Shown: piece by piece, positions 1 to 10,482 of the stretch
Numbering within the stretch: position 1 is the stretch's first letter
Layout: each line of letters starts with the position of its first letter
Source of the DNA: Patescibacteria group bacterium
Lineage (GTDB): Bacteria; Patescibacteriota; Patescibacteriia; UBA1558; GWA2-36-10
Length of the DNA stretch: 64,000 nucleotides
Direction: 5' to 3'
Assembly: GCA_041650755.1 (NCBI GenBank)
Contig: JBAZKN010000001.1
Span: 4,387-68,386, forward strand
Position numbers and translations under genes: made by a program
The notes under the pieces: generated by a model
Told to the model about the DNA's origin: nothing
The model's database searches: none
Seen by the model: only the letters and a program-made list of their open reading frames with translations

Positions 1-122
1 AAGAAACCGATCATGTGATTTTGGAAAATCACTTAAAGACTTGTACGGCCAAAGCTATCAAAAGCGGCAAATCAAAATCAGCTGTCACTGAAGTGATGCA
101 AATTATCCGACGTTGGTCATAG
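1..122 (+). CDS. csoR: CsoR/RcnR-family metal-sensing repressor, 3' part (truncated by window edge)
   Basis: Frame 3 reads ETDHVILENHLKTCTAKAIKSGKSKSAVTEVMQIIRRWS*, with the H-x3-C metal-ligand motif, and lies directly upstream of a Cu ATPase. Not in the ORF track. Confidence 0.8.
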   Translation, partial: ETDHVILENHLKTCTAKAIKSGKSKSAVTEVMQIIRRWS

Positions 123-130
123 CTGAGCTT

Positions 131-210
131 AAAGTATCAAGTAAAAAGGGAAAAAGTATTAAAGTGGCTACCGGTCTAAACTTTATACTTTTTACTTTAC
201 ACTTTCTACT
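131..210. repeat. Degenerate 7-bp periodic inverted repeat
   Basis: aaagtat/caagtaa/aaaggga/aaaagta... faces actttat/acttttt/actttac/actttct. Confidence 0.65.
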
Positions 211-222
211 AATTTAATTTTA

Positions 223-2448
223 ATGTCTAAGAATATAAAAAACATTCCCATTGAAGGGATGCATTGTGCTTCCTGTGTTAGTTTGGTGGAGCGTGCTTTA
301 AAAAAAGTTTCAGGGGTGGCTTCTGCTGATGTCAATCTATCAACCGAAATTGCTACTATTACTTATGACCCAAGTGTCAAATGGGCCGATATATCGGCCG
401 CCGTATCAGCCGTTGGCTATCGAGCAGTTATTGGTGGTACCGAAAAGTCCTGGCAGGCCAGTCAGCTCGGTAAATATAGGCAGCTAAAAAGATTAAAAGT
501 TAAAGTGGCCATTAGTTTGTTTTTGGGTGGTCTGATTTTGTGGGGCAGCTTTCCTGGTCTGGCTTTAATTGCCCCAAATTTGCTTAAGAATTTTTATGTG
601 CAGTTGTTTTTGGCTGTGCCTGTACAGTTTTGGGCGGCCTCTGATTTTTATAAAGCAGCCTGGTCATCTTTAAAGAGATTGAGAGCCAATATGGATACGC
701 TGGTAGTTTTGGGGACCATGGCAGCTTTTATTTATTCTCTGGTTATTACTTTAGCGCCAAAATTGATAATGGACAGCGGCATTGAGCCTATGCCGTATTT
801 TGACGCTTCGACATTAATTATCGCCTTGATTTTATTGGGGAGATATCTGGAGAATAGGGCAAAATTAAATACCTCAGAAGCCATAAATAAATTAATTGGG
901 TTGCAAGCCAAGACAGCCAGAATAATTAGGGATAACCAAGAGCTGGATATTCCACTGGAGCAGGTCAGGGTCAATGATATTATTTTGGTCAGGCCAGGAG
1001 AGAAGGTTCCAGTTGACGGAGAAATTATTGCTGGCCAATCGGCCATTGATGAATCAATGGTTACCGGCGAGAGCTTGCCAGTTGATAAAAAAGTTGGTGA
1101 TAAAGTCATAGGATCGACCATTAATAAATTAGGCAGTTTTAGTTTTCGGGTTACCAAAGTGGGTGACGATACTGTATTGTCGCAGATTATAAAATTAGTA
1201 TCAGATGCGCAGGGCAGCAAAGCACCAATTCAAAGATTGGCAGACATTATTTCGGCTTATTTTGTGCCAATTGTTTTAGTCTTAGCAAGCATTACCTTTG
1301 TAATCTGGTATTTTTTTGGTCCGGAACCTGCTTTGACCAAGGCATTGATCAACACAGTAACAGTTTTAATAATTGCTTGTCCTTGCGCCATGGGTTTAGC
1401 CACGCCTACGGCCATTATGGTCGGTACTGGTCGCGGAGCTGGCATGGGTATATTGATTAAAGATGCTAGTAGTTTAGAGATAGCCCACAAAGTTAGAGTT
1501 GTAGTTTTTGATAAGACTGGCACTTTGACCAAGGGGCAGCCGGAAGTTACTGATGTTTTGCCTCTGGCAGAAATTGATGGTAATAAAATTTTGCAGCTAG
1601 CCGCATCTTTGGAAAAGAATTCGGAGCATGCTTTGGCCAACAGTATTATACATAAGGCCCTGGATAATAATTTGGAATTTTTGGCGGTTGAAAAATTTTT
1701 GGCTGTGCCGGGCCAGGGGGTTCGTGGCCTGATTGACAAAAAGAGTATTCTTTTAGGTAACAAAAAAATGATGCTGGCCGCTAAAGTGGATATAGCCGAA
1801 GATGAAATTAATCATTTAGAAAAACAAGGCAAGACAATAATGATTTTGGCGATGGATAAAAAGGCCATTGGTTTGATTGCGGTCGCTGATGTCATCAAAG
1901 ATACAGCTAGGCGGGCTATAGCTGATTTACATAATTTAGGCATTGAGACGGTTATGTTGACGGGTGATAATCAGATAACAGCTGAGTATATAGCCTCTTA
2001 TATCGGGATTAAGCAGGTTATTGCTGAAGTAATGCCGGCTGATAAAGTACAGGCGATTAAAGCCCTACAAGCTAAAGGAAAAATCGTGGCTATGGTCGGT
2101 GATGGTATAAATGATGCGCCGGCCTTAGCAGCGTCTGATCTTGGTATTGCTATGGGGTCTGGCACCGATATAGCTATGGAGTCAGCCAATATCACTTTAG
2201 TTAATAAGGATTTACACTCCGTAGTGGCAGCCCTAGCTTTGTCTAAAAAAACCATGACCACCATCAAGATGAATCTGTTCTGGGCTTTTGGCTATAATAT
2301 TATTTTGATACCGGTGGCCATGGGCGCGCTTTATCCTATCTGGGGCATTTTGCTTAACCCTATTTTTGCATCAGCCGCCATGGCTTTGAGTTCAGTTTCG
2401 GTTGTCGCTAATTCTTTGCGTTTAAAAAAAGTGTCAGCCAGAGGTTGA
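223..2448 (+). CDS. copA: Copper-translocating P1B-type ATPase
   Basis: N-terminal GMHCASC heavy-metal-binding motif; [27 protein letters not shown] motifs; YN...MALSS motif. Confidence 0.95.
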   Translation: MSKNIKNIPIEGMHCASCVSLVERALKKVSGVASADVNLSTEIATITYDPSVKWADISAAVSAVGYRAVIGGTEKSWQASQLGKYRQLKRLKVKVAISLFLGGLILWGSFPGLALIAPNLLKNFYVQLFLAVPVQFWAASDFYKAAWSSLKRLRANMDTLVVLGTMAAFIYSLVITLAPKLIMDSGIEPMPYFDASTLIIALILLGRYLENRAKLNTSEAINKLIGLQAKTARIIRDNQELDIPLEQVRVNDIILVRPGEKVPVDGEIIAGQSAIDESMVTGESLPVDKKVGDKVIGSTINKLGSFSFRVTKVGDDTVLSQIIKLVSDAQGSKAPIQRLADIISAYFVPIVLVLASITFVIWYFFGPEPALTKALINTVTVLIIACPCAMGLATPTAIMVGTGRGAGMGILIKDASSLEIAHKVRVVVFDKTGTLTKGQPEVTDVLPLAEIDGNKILQLAASLEKNSEHALANSIIHKALDNNLEFLAVEKFLAVPGQGVRGLIDKKSILLGNKKMMLAAKVDIAEDEINHLEKQGKTIMILAMDKKAIGLIAVADVIKDTARRAIADLHNLGIETVMLTGDNQITAEYIASYIGIKQVIAEVMPADKVQAIKALQAKGKIVAMVGDGINDAPALAASDLGIAMGSGTDIAMESANITLVNKDLHSVVAALALSKKTMTTIKMNLFWAFGYNIILIPVAMGALYPIWGILLNPIFASAAMALSSVSVVANSLRLKKVSARG

Positions 2449-2486
2449 CCGCCCCTTGGGCGGAAAATTAAGCAGATAAAAAATTT

Positions 2487-3473
2487 ATGAATAATATAAA
2501 TTTACTTACTATTTTTTTTACCGGGTTGCTGACCGGTGGTTTGAGCTGTTTGGCTGTCCAGGGCGGATTGCTGGCCACAGCCATTGCTCAGCGTCAAGGT
2601 GATGATCAGGAGGAAAAAAAGCGCAAAGCCTTTCCTATAGTAGTATTTTTGTTGGCTAAATTAGCTGCCTATACGATTTTAGGGTTTTTGTTAGGATGGT
2701 TTGGCTCGCTTTTTTCCTTATCTTTATCAGTCAGGGTCATATTACAATTTGTTATTGCTATTTTCATGATTGGTACTGGTCTCAGTCTGCTCAATATCCA
2801 TCCATTGTTTCGCTATTTTATCATCCAGCCACCGAAGTTTTTGACTCGCTGGGTGCGCGGGCGTTCCAAAAGCGCCGATATATTTAGTCCGGCTATTCTT
2901 GGCTTGATGACCATATTTATACCTTGCGGTGTTACCCAAGCCATGATGGCTCTGGCCATTGGTTCGGGTCAGGCCTGGACTGGTCTGGTTATTATGTTTG
3001 TTTTTGTGCTGGGTACAATACCTTTATTTTTTATCCTAGGCTATACCGCTAATTCTTTAAGCGGTAAGGCTAGCCAGCATTTTTATCGAATAGCCGGGGT
3101 AGCTGTGATTATTTTAGCTTTATATTCAATGATTGGCGTATTTAATTTAGCTGGTGCCACCTGGAATTTGCCTCAAGACAAATCAGCCATTGTCTCCGCG
3201 ACGAAACAGGAAGCCACTATCAATATACAAAATAGCGGATATTATCCAAATAGTATTACAGTCAAAGCCGGTGAACCCGTGACTCTGCATTTGGTTAATG
3301 ATAAAGCTTATAGCTGCGCCCAGGCCTTTACTATTCCAAGCTTAGGCATAGAGAAAATAGTTCGACCCGGGACCACTGAAACAATTCAATTTACTGCGCC
3401 CAGTGACGTTACGCGTATTGCCTATACTTGCAGTATGGGCATGTACCGAGGGGTGCTTAACGTAGTTAAATAA
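2487..3473 (+). CDS. DsbD_2/TauE-SafE-like membrane protein with C-terminal cupredoxin domain
   Basis: GLSCLAVQGG and IPCG motifs, multiple TM helices, C-terminal YTCSMGMY; located in the copper operon. Confidence 0.85.
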   Translation: MNNINLLTIFFTGLLTGGLSCLAVQGGLLATAIAQRQGDDQEEKKRKAFPIVVFLLAKLAAYTILGFLLGWFGSLFSLSLSVRVILQFVIAIFMIGTGLSLLNIHPLFRYFIIQPPKFLTRWVRGRSKSADIFSPAILGLMTIFIPCGVTQAMMALAIGSGQAWTGLVIMFVFVLGTIPLFFILGYTANSLSGKASQHFYRIAGVAVIILALYSMIGVFNLAGATWNLPQDKSAIVSATKQEATINIQNSGYYPNSITVKAGEPVTLHLVNDKAYSCAQAFTIPSLGIEKIVRPGTTETIQFTAPSDVTRIAYTCSMGMYRGVLNVVK

Positions 3474-3474
3474 T

Positions 3475-3687
3475 ATGCAAAAAGAAATTATTTTAAAAAT
3501 AACAGGGATGCATTGCACGGCCTGCGCTATGAATATTGACGGCGCATTGGAAGATGCCGGAGTGCAAGAGGCCAGGACTAATTTTGCCAAAAGCGAAACT
3601 AAGATAAAATTTGATGAAAATAAAATAAAGGTAGTCGAGATACAAAAAATAATAGAACAAGAGGGCTACCAGTCAGAATTAATATAA
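3475..3687 (+). CDS. copZ: Heavy-metal-associated copper chaperone (CopZ-like)
   Basis: GMHCTAC motif, 70 aa. Confidence 0.85.
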   Translation: MQKEIILKITGMHCTACAMNIDGALEDAGVQEARTNFAKSETKIKFDENKIKVVEIQKIIEQEGYQSELI

Positions 3688-3692
3688 ATTTT

Positions 3693-5438
3693 ATGAAATT
3701 ATTATGGCAATATTTATTTAATTATAAAAAATTATTGGCTTATTCTTTAATTTTGGCGGCCATTAATCAACTTTTTTCTTTATTAGATCCGCAGATTTTT
3801 CGCTTGATGATTGATCGTTATGCTTCGCGTTTTGGCGAATTAAGCCAGCAGCAATTTTTGCTAGGTATCACCTGGCTGGTTTTGGCTTATATGGGCGTTG
3901 CTTTGATTTCACGCATTGCTAAAAATTTTCAGGATTACTATGTCAACGTCATTGCTCAGCGGGTTGGTGCCAAGCTTTATTCAGATAGCGTGCAGCATTC
4001 TTTTTCTTTGCCTTTTTTGAGTTTTGAGGATCAGCGCTCTGGTGAGCTGCTGCAAAAAATGCAAAAGGCCCGTAATGACTCGCAAGAGCTTATTAATCAA
4101 TTGATCAACTTAGTTTTTATCTCTTTGATTGGCATTATTTTTGTTTTAATTTACGCCTTTATAGTGCATTGGGTAGTTGGTTTGATTTATTTTCTCTTAT
4201 TACCAATTTTGGGTTTTAGCACTTTCTTCTTGAGCAAAAGAATAAAAGAGGCCCAAAAACAAATTGTCACACAGCAGGCTGATTTAGCCGGGTCAACCAC
4301 GGAGACCTTGCGCAATGTAGAATTGGTCAAATCTTTGGGTCTGGATCAGCAGGAGATTGATCGTTTGAATAATGTTAATGAGGAGATTTTAAAGTTGGAA
4401 TTGAAAAAAGTAAAGATTGTCAGGACATTTTCTTTTTGGCAGGGTACCATATTGAATACCATGCGCGCTTTGCTGATCGGGGTTATGATGTATTTGATTT
4501 TTAGTCAGAGTATTACTTTAGGCCAATTTTTTTCTTTATTTATTTATTCTTTTTTTATTTTTACACCCTTAGTACAGTTCGGCCAGGTGGCTTCACAATA
4601 CCAACAAACTACGGCCAGCATGGAGAAATTGGAGGAAATATTAAAGCAAGAGCCAGAAAAAAGGCCAGAGCGGGCCGTGATCTTGGGCGCTTTGCAGCAA
4701 ATTAATTTTGATAAAGTTAGTTTTAAATATAATTCAGCTGACGTGACAGCGGTGCACGGATTGTCAGCTACTATCAAGGCCGGTCAGACGGTGGCTTTTG
4801 TCGGGCCCTCTGGTTCAGGCAAAACAACATTGATAAAAATGCTGGTAGGTTTATACCAGCCGACTGAAGGTAAATTGGAGTATAATGGCGTGCCTAGCGC
4901 AGCTATTGATTTAGGGCAACTGCGCCAAAGGATTGGTTTAGTGGCCCAGGAAACGCAGCTATTTGCCGGCACCATTAGAGAGAATTTGCTTTTTGTTAAA
5001 GCTGATGCCTCAGATCAGGATTGCCTTGATGTTTTGCACTTAGCCGCGGCTAGCAGTGTTTTGTCGAGAGCGGAAAAAGGTTTGGATACCAAAATAGGCG
5101 AAGGGGGCTTGAAGCTATCTGGTGGCGAAAGACAGCGCTTGGCTATTGCGCGCGCGCTGTTACGCAACCCGGATTTGATAATTTTTGATGAGGCCACTAG
5201 TAGTTTGGACTCTTTGACCGAAAAAGAAATTACCGAAACTATTAAAAATATAGAGAAAGAGCGGCCGCAGCTTATTACTATTATTATTGCTCATAGATTA
5301 TCGACTGTAGCGCACGCTCACAAGATATTTGTTTTGGAAAAAGGGCGTTTGTCAGAGTCCGGTTCGCACCATGAGCTTCTGAAAAAAAGCGGTTTATATG
5401 CCGCCTTGTGGAGAGAGCAGGTTGGGGTGTATAATTAG
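3693..5438 (+). CDS. ABC exporter, fused permease/ATP-binding protein
   Basis: N-terminal TM domain; GPSGSGKT, LSGGERQR and DEATSSLD motifs. Confidence 0.92.
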   Translation: MKLLWQYLFNYKKLLAYSLILAAINQLFSLLDPQIFRLMIDRYASRFGELSQQQFLLGITWLVLAYMGVALISRIAKNFQDYYVNVIAQRVGAKLYSDSVQHSFSLPFLSFEDQRSGELLQKMQKARNDSQELINQLINLVFISLIGIIFVLIYAFIVHWVVGLIYFLLLPILGFSTFFLSKRIKEAQKQIVTQQADLAGSTTETLRNVELVKSLGLDQQEIDRLNNVNEEILKLELKKVKIVRTFSFWQGTILNTMRALLIGVMMYLIFSQSITLGQFFSLFIYSFFIFTPLVQFGQVASQYQQTTASMEKLEEILKQEPEKRPERAVILGALQQINFDKVSFKYNSADVTAVHGLSATIKAGQTVAFVGPSGSGKTTLIKMLVGLYQPTEGKLEYNGVPSAAIDLGQLRQRIGLVAQETQLFAGTIRENLLFVKADASDQDCLDVLHLAAASSVLSRAEKGLDTKIGEGGLKLSGGERQRLAIARALLRNPDLIIFDEATSSLDSLTEKEITETIKNIEKERPQLITIIIAHRLSTVAHAHKIFVLEKGRLSESGSHHELLKKSGLYAALWREQVGVYN

Positions 5439-5539
5439 CCTATGAAAAAAATTAGCCTTCAGCACAGTTGCCCACGATCGATGTTTTTTTGTTGAATCTA
5501 GTTTTGTATTATAATAGAATTATTAATTAATCAATAATT

Positions 5540-7357
5540 ATGGACATCCAAAATAACGTGCCCCTGCCATCCAATCCATTACCCAAGCCGCAAAAAGCCA
5601 CTAATGTAATTTTAATGATCATAGTGGTTGTTTTATTGTTAGCCAATGGCGTAACTTTGTACTTTTTATTCAAAAAGCCAGCTTCACTGCCGGTCAACAC
5701 TAATATAGTGATCGATGTGAATGAGAATTTGAATGTTGAAAACGCAAACACCAACACAACTAGTAGTAGTGATTTAAATTTACCGCCAATTGATTTGGGT
5801 CAGAAAGTAATTAAAGTATCATGGCAAGATAACCCAACGCCAGTAGCAGTCGATAAATTTTTTGACATAGCAACAATACAAGCTAAACTAAAAACTGCGG
5901 GATATAAATATGGATCGGAAAGTGAAACTGATTTTATCAAAGAATTGGACGGTACTTATAAGATTTGGAAGGTGGGGACTGTGGCTGAAGGACAACCCAT
6001 AATAAATGCCGACGTTTATTTGGTGGGCACCATTGAGATGAATTATTCATTTAAGAGAGTCATAAAACAGGGCGATAGTCTAGTTGTTCTGGGCAAGCAG
6101 TCCAATTTTTATGATGGGCCAATATCCAATTATACGGCATCACTTGATTCGGCATTATTTAATTTGGACAATAATGCAATGATTGGTAATTTGGATTTGC
6201 CTGATACAATTAGCGTTCCGAATACGAAGTATCGTTTGCTAAAATTTGAGCAAAGTTGGCAATTATTTAGTGATTATAGCAATGCCCAGAAATTGTTTGC
6301 TTATTCTACTGGTCAATATTTATATAAGGATTCTAATAGCGATTGCTATATTGCGCGAGCTGGCGATGGTACTGCCTGGAAATATTATTTAGATTTAAGT
6401 TCGCTTGATACCAATACCAATGTAAATTACGCTAATAATTCCGGTTCAATATTATTAAATATTCCATCAGTGTTGGATAATAAGGATTATCAATCAAGAG
6501 GCGGGTGTAGTTTATGTTATGAATTTGCTGATTATATTACTAGTTTGACTCAACTTACTAAAATTGGTACAAATTCAAAAGGAGAGTCTTTTTATACCTT
6601 TAAAGATGTGAATCAAAAATCGGATCCCAAAGAAACAAAGAGCGTGTTGAGATCCATGTATGATGCGTATTATGTGCCGGGACTAGGCGATAATTCAGGA
6701 AAACTTTCATATGATGAGTTTCTTAAACAGTACCCAATTGTTATTTGGCGTGACCCATTGGACAGTTTCGTTATTTTTAGAAATGGAAGTTTGGGGCCAG
6801 TGGCCGAATGTGGTAAGCCGGTTATTTACCTATACCCCACCAAAACTACAGACGTATCGGTAAAAGTCAACCCGACGGGTGGGTTTAAGTTTACCGACCC
6901 AGATTATGGCACTGGTTGGCTAGTCAAAGCTGAACCCAATGGCAATCTGTATAATTATGCCAACAAGACCAATTATCCTTATCTATTCTGGGAAGGATAT
7001 GGATTAAATTATCAAATACCAAAACAAGGTTTTGTGGTTGCCAAAGCAGATGTAGAAAAATTCTTACAAGAAAAACTAGCCCAGCAAGGTTTGATAGTCA
7101 AAGAATATTCAGAATTTATTGATTTTTGGTTGCCCAAGATGCAAAGTGATCCTTACTATTTTATCACCTTTGTGCCACAAGCTGAATTTGATAAACTAGC
7201 GCCACTGCAAATCAATCCCAAGCCAGACACTGTCATTCGTGTATTCATGGACTACAAAGGATTAGACAAACCAATGCCAGTGGCACCGCAGATTTTAGCT
7301 ACACCAAAACGTGTTGGCTTTACCGTGGTTGAATGGGGTGGAGCCATACATAAATAA
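5540..7357 (+). CDS. Membrane-anchored hypothetical protein with conserved C-terminal 'KPVIYLYP...VVEWGG' domain
   Basis: Single N-terminal TM helix; C-terminal KPVIYLYP, YLFWEG, PDTVIRVFM and VVEWGG blocks. Confidence 0.75.
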   Translation: MDIQNNVPLPSNPLPKPQKATNVILMIIVVVLLLANGVTLYFLFKKPASLPVNTNIVIDVNENLNVENANTNTTSSSDLNLPPIDLGQKVIKVSWQDNPTPVAVDKFFDIATIQAKLKTAGYKYGSESETDFIKELDGTYKIWKVGTVAEGQPIINADVYLVGTIEMNYSFKRVIKQGDSLVVLGKQSNFYDGPISNYTASLDSALFNLDNNAMIGNLDLPDTISVPNTKYRLLKFEQSWQLFSDYSNAQKLFAYSTGQYLYKDSNSDCYIARAGDGTAWKYYLDLSSLDTNTNVNYANNSGSILLNIPSVLDNKDYQSRGGCSLCYEFADYITSLTQLTKIGTNSKGESFYTFKDVNQKSDPKETKSVLRSMYDAYYVPGLGDNSGKLSYDEFLKQYPIVIWRDPLDSFVIFRNGSLGPVAECGKPVIYLYPTKTTDVSVKVNPTGGFKFTDPDYGTGWLVKAEPNGNLYNYANKTNYPYLFWEGYGLNYQIPKQGFVVAKADVEKFLQEKLAQQGLIVKEYSEFIDFWLPKMQSDPYYFITFVPQAEFDKLAPLQINPKPDTVIRVFMDYKGLDKPMPVAPQILATPKRVGFTVVEWGGAIHK

Positions 7358-7360
7358 TAA

Positions 7361-9205
7361 ATGTATTTCAGAACCAGACAATTAGTAATCTTAATTTTAG
7401 TCCTGCTTGCTATTCAAGTAGGACTAAGTTTTCTGGTCTTAAATAAAACAAATTATCAGCCGGTCCGTTCCGCAGTATCAGGCAGACTAGATGAAAATTA
7501 TGCCATTCAGCGCGCATATTTTATGTCAGCTGATTTTTATGATGAGGCCTATAATCAAGCTGATAAAAATTTTGTTTATGATGATAAAGTCAAGGTGGGC
7601 ATTTTGCCCCATCATCTTATGGTCAAAGGTAAGATCGCCACTTTTTTTGCGGGTTTGAAAAATCAAGATATAAAAACCGTAGTTTTGGTCAGTCCCAATC
7701 ACTTTGAACAGGGCGGAAGCAACATTACTTTATCTAGCGCCAAATGGCAGACGCCTTTTGGTGATCTATTGCCCGACACGAAACTAATAAAGAATTTAAT
7801 AAAGCAAGAAAGGGTGGTAGTCAATGAACAGCCCTTTGGCAATGAGCACGGCATCTCTGGTTTAGTGGCCTTTATCAAAAAAAGTTTGCCGGAAAGTAAA
7901 ATTGTGCCGATTATTTTAAAAAATAAAACTAGTCAGGTAGAAATAACTGCTCTAGTTGCTAATATAAAAAAATATAGTAGTGATGATACATTGGTACTGG
8001 CTAGTGTAGATTTTTCCCACTATCAGCCAGCTGGTGTAGCAGACTTTCATGATGACAAAAGCCGCAGTGTGATTGAGGCCTTAGATACAAATAGAGTTTG
8101 GGGTTTAGAAGTGGATTCACCAGCTTCTTTGGCTGTAGCCTTGCAATACGCCGCAGATAATGATGCGCAAAAAGCAAATTTGTTATGGCAGACAAATTCC
8201 AGTCGTTTGATAAATAGCTTGGACACTCCGGGCACCAGTCATCAGTTTTTCTATTTTACTAAGGGCGAGCCAAAAAAAACCAAGGTAATTGATTTTTTAT
8301 TTTTTGGCGACATCATGCTAGATAGAAATGTCGGAGCTAAAATTGCCAAGAGTGGAGTGGCGCCATTATTTGACCAGCTGGCCGGTGAAGAAAAAAGATT
8401 CTTTATGGGGCCTGATATAATTTCTGCTAATCTTGAAGGTGCGGTGACTAATGGGGGCGAGCATTATGCGCCGGTAGCTAGTAATGATTTTGCTTTTAGT
8501 CCGGAGATCGTAGGTGAGCTAAAAAAATATAATTTTAATTTTTTTAATATTGCCCAAAATCATCTGACCGACCAAGGAGCCAAAGGCGTCAAGGAAACAC
8601 TGGAGAATTTGCAGGCCTTGGGTTTTGATTTTTCCGGTTGTAGCGATGCTGAAGTGGGGGAGTGTAGTAGTAAAATTGTAGATATCGACGGCAGTAAAAT
8701 AGCTATGATTGGCTTGTCTATGGTTTATCATCATTTCGATCTAGAGCTAGCCAAAAAAATAATAAGTGATTTAAAAAAACAAAGTGATCTGGTGGTAGTG
8801 AATATCCACTGGGGAGTAGAATACGATCATGAATATAATACGACACAACAGACAATCGCCCATGCCATAGTAGATTCTGGTGCTGACATTATTATTGGTC
8901 ATCATCCGCATGTGGTACAGGGCTTGGAAATTTATAATAATAAGCCGATTTTTTACTCACTGGGCAATTTTATTTTTGATCAGTATTTTTCTGCTGATAC
9001 CCAAACCGGCTTGGCTCTAGGCGTGAGCGTTGACCTCAAAAATCGGTCAGAGAATATCTATTTATTGCCCATTGAGTCACAAGCTTCGCAAGTCAGGCTG
9101 ATGACCGAGCAAAACAAGATAAATTTTTTTAAAAAAATGGTTAGCTGGTCAAAGGCAGCCGACAAATACCAAAATATGATTCTGAGTGGTAAAATATCAT
9201 TATAA
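7361..9205 (+). CDS. AmmeMemoRadiSam protein B (MEMO1-like) fused to CapA/PGA_cap metallophosphatase domain
   Basis: PHH, SPNH, EHG and SVDFSHY (MEMO); GDIMLDR, NLEG, HWG, GHHPH and YSLGNFIFDQ (CapA). Confidence 0.85.
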   Translation: MYFRTRQLVILILVLLAIQVGLSFLVLNKTNYQPVRSAVSGRLDENYAIQRAYFMSADFYDEAYNQADKNFVYDDKVKVGILPHHLMVKGKIATFFAGLKNQDIKTVVLVSPNHFEQGGSNITLSSAKWQTPFGDLLPDTKLIKNLIKQERVVVNEQPFGNEHGISGLVAFIKKSLPESKIVPIILKNKTSQVEITALVANIKKYSSDDTLVLASVDFSHYQPAGVADFHDDKSRSVIEALDTNRVWGLEVDSPASLAVALQYAADNDAQKANLLWQTNSSRLINSLDTPGTSHQFFYFTKGEPKKTKVIDFLFFGDIMLDRNVGAKIAKSGVAPLFDQLAGEEKRFFMGPDIISANLEGAVTNGGEHYAPVASNDFAFSPEIVGELKKYNFNFFNIAQNHLTDQGAKGVKETLENLQALGFDFSGCSDAEVGECSSKIVDIDGSKIAMIGLSMVYHHFDLELAKKIISDLKKQSDLVVVNIHWGVEYDHEYNTTQQTIAHAIVDSGADIIIGHHPHVVQGLEIYNNKPIFYSLGNFIFDQYFSADTQTGLALGVSVDLKNRSENIYLLPIESQASQVRLMTEQNKINFFKKMVSWSKAADKYQNMILSGKISL

Positions 9206-9245
9206 TTTCAGTAAAATTTTTATTAATTATTAAGCTATAAATAAG

Positions 9246-9575
9246 ATGAAAGCATTTATTGTTTGGCTGATTATTATTATTTTATTTTTTGCAGTTTTAT
9301 TTAGGTATTTAGATAGTCGTAGTCGCTTGGCTGGCTTCAATGATATTATTAATAACTTTATAAACAACCGACCGAAAATTTCTTGCGTGGAAGATGCTGA
9401 TTGCCATTTGACGCAGATTGATTGCAGTCCTTGTTCTTGTGGTTTTGCGGCCAACCGAGCTTGGCAGCCATATTGTCCCTTCCAGAAAAAGCAAGTATTA
9501 TGTGAACCTTGCGAGCAGTTTCCCAAAGAAGAAAATATTAAGTGCATAAATACCGAGTGCCAGATCGTTTATTGA
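9246..9575 (+). CDS. Small membrane-anchored Cys-rich hypothetical protein
   Basis: N-terminal TM helix followed by a cysteine-rich region (CVEDADC...CSPCSC...). Confidence 0.7.
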   Translation: MKAFIVWLIIIILFFAVLFRYLDSRSRLAGFNDIINNFINNRPKISCVEDADCHLTQIDCSPCSCGFAANRAWQPYCPFQKKQVLCEPCEQFPKEENIKCINTECQIVY

Positions 9576-9683
9576 TTTGCCAGCCTTTTTAATCATAAAA
9601 ATTTTTTTCTTGTTTGGCCATATTATCATAATGTGTTATTATTAGTTCCCAGCAATATTAAAAAGTTTGATATTTTTTTATTT

Positions 9684-10481
9684 ATGCCCAATATTATCGA
9701 AGTGAAAAATTTGACCAAGAAATTTGGTCATTTTGTAGCTGTGGATGATGTTTCATTTTCCGTAGCCAAAGGAGAGATTTTTGCCTTTTTGGGGCCAAAC
9801 GGCGCCGGTAAATCAACCACGATCAAAATTCTGACTACTCTACTGAATCCTAGTCGCGGGCAGATCAGCCTCAATGGTTTCGACCCCATCAAGCAAGCTA
9901 GCAAAGTCCGTCGGTCTTTTGGCATTGTTTTTCAAGACCCAAGCTTAGACGATGAGCTGACTGCTTATGAAAATATGGAGTTTCATGGTGTTTTATACGG
10001 TATTCCCAAAAAATTATGCAGCGAAAGGACAGCTAGTCTGCTTAAGTTTGTTGATCTATGGGATAGGCGTAATAGCCTGGTTAAAGAATTTTCCGGCGGC
10101 ATGAAGCGGCGCTTGGAAATAGCCAGAGGCTTGCTGCATCATCCGGAAGTGATGTTTTTGGATGAGCCAACCCTTGGCCTTGATCCGCAGACCAGAAATC
10201 ACATGTGGAATTATCTGCAGGAATTAAATCAGACCAATGGCACCACAGTTTTTTTCACCACCCATTATATGGAAGAAGCAGAAAAGATAGCTCAGCGCAT
10301 TGCTATCATTGATCATGGTAAAATAGTGGCCATCGGCACAGCCGCAGAGTTAAAAGAAAAAACCAAGACTGTATCGCTTGAAGAAGCATTTTTAAACCTG
10401 ACAGGCAAATCAATTCGCGAAGAAGAAGCTAGCAATATAGATAAACTGCGCATGAGACGACATCTTTTTACTAAAAAATAA
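9684..10481 (+). CDS. ABC transporter ATP-binding protein (DrrA-like)
   Basis: GPNGAGKST, FSGGMKRR and DEPTLGLD motifs. The ATG at 9684 is preferred over the track start. Confidence 0.92.
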   Translation: MPNIIEVKNLTKKFGHFVAVDDVSFSVAKGEIFAFLGPNGAGKSTTIKILTTLLNPSRGQISLNGFDPIKQASKVRRSFGIVFQDPSLDDELTAYENMEFHGVLYGIPKKLCSERTASLLKFVDLWDRRNSLVKEFSGGMKRRLEIARGLLHHPEVMFLDEPTLGLDPQTRNHMWNYLQELNQTNGTTVFFTTHYMEEAEKIAQRIAIIDHGKIVAIGTAAELKEKTKTVSLEEAFLNLTGKSIREEEASNIDKLRMRRHLFTKK

Positions 10482-10482
10482 T

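Noticed and set aside
732-2267. Antisense ORFs within copA, and similar shadow ORFs throughout the window
   Set aside because: They are fully nested opposite well-supported genes and have no motifs of their own.
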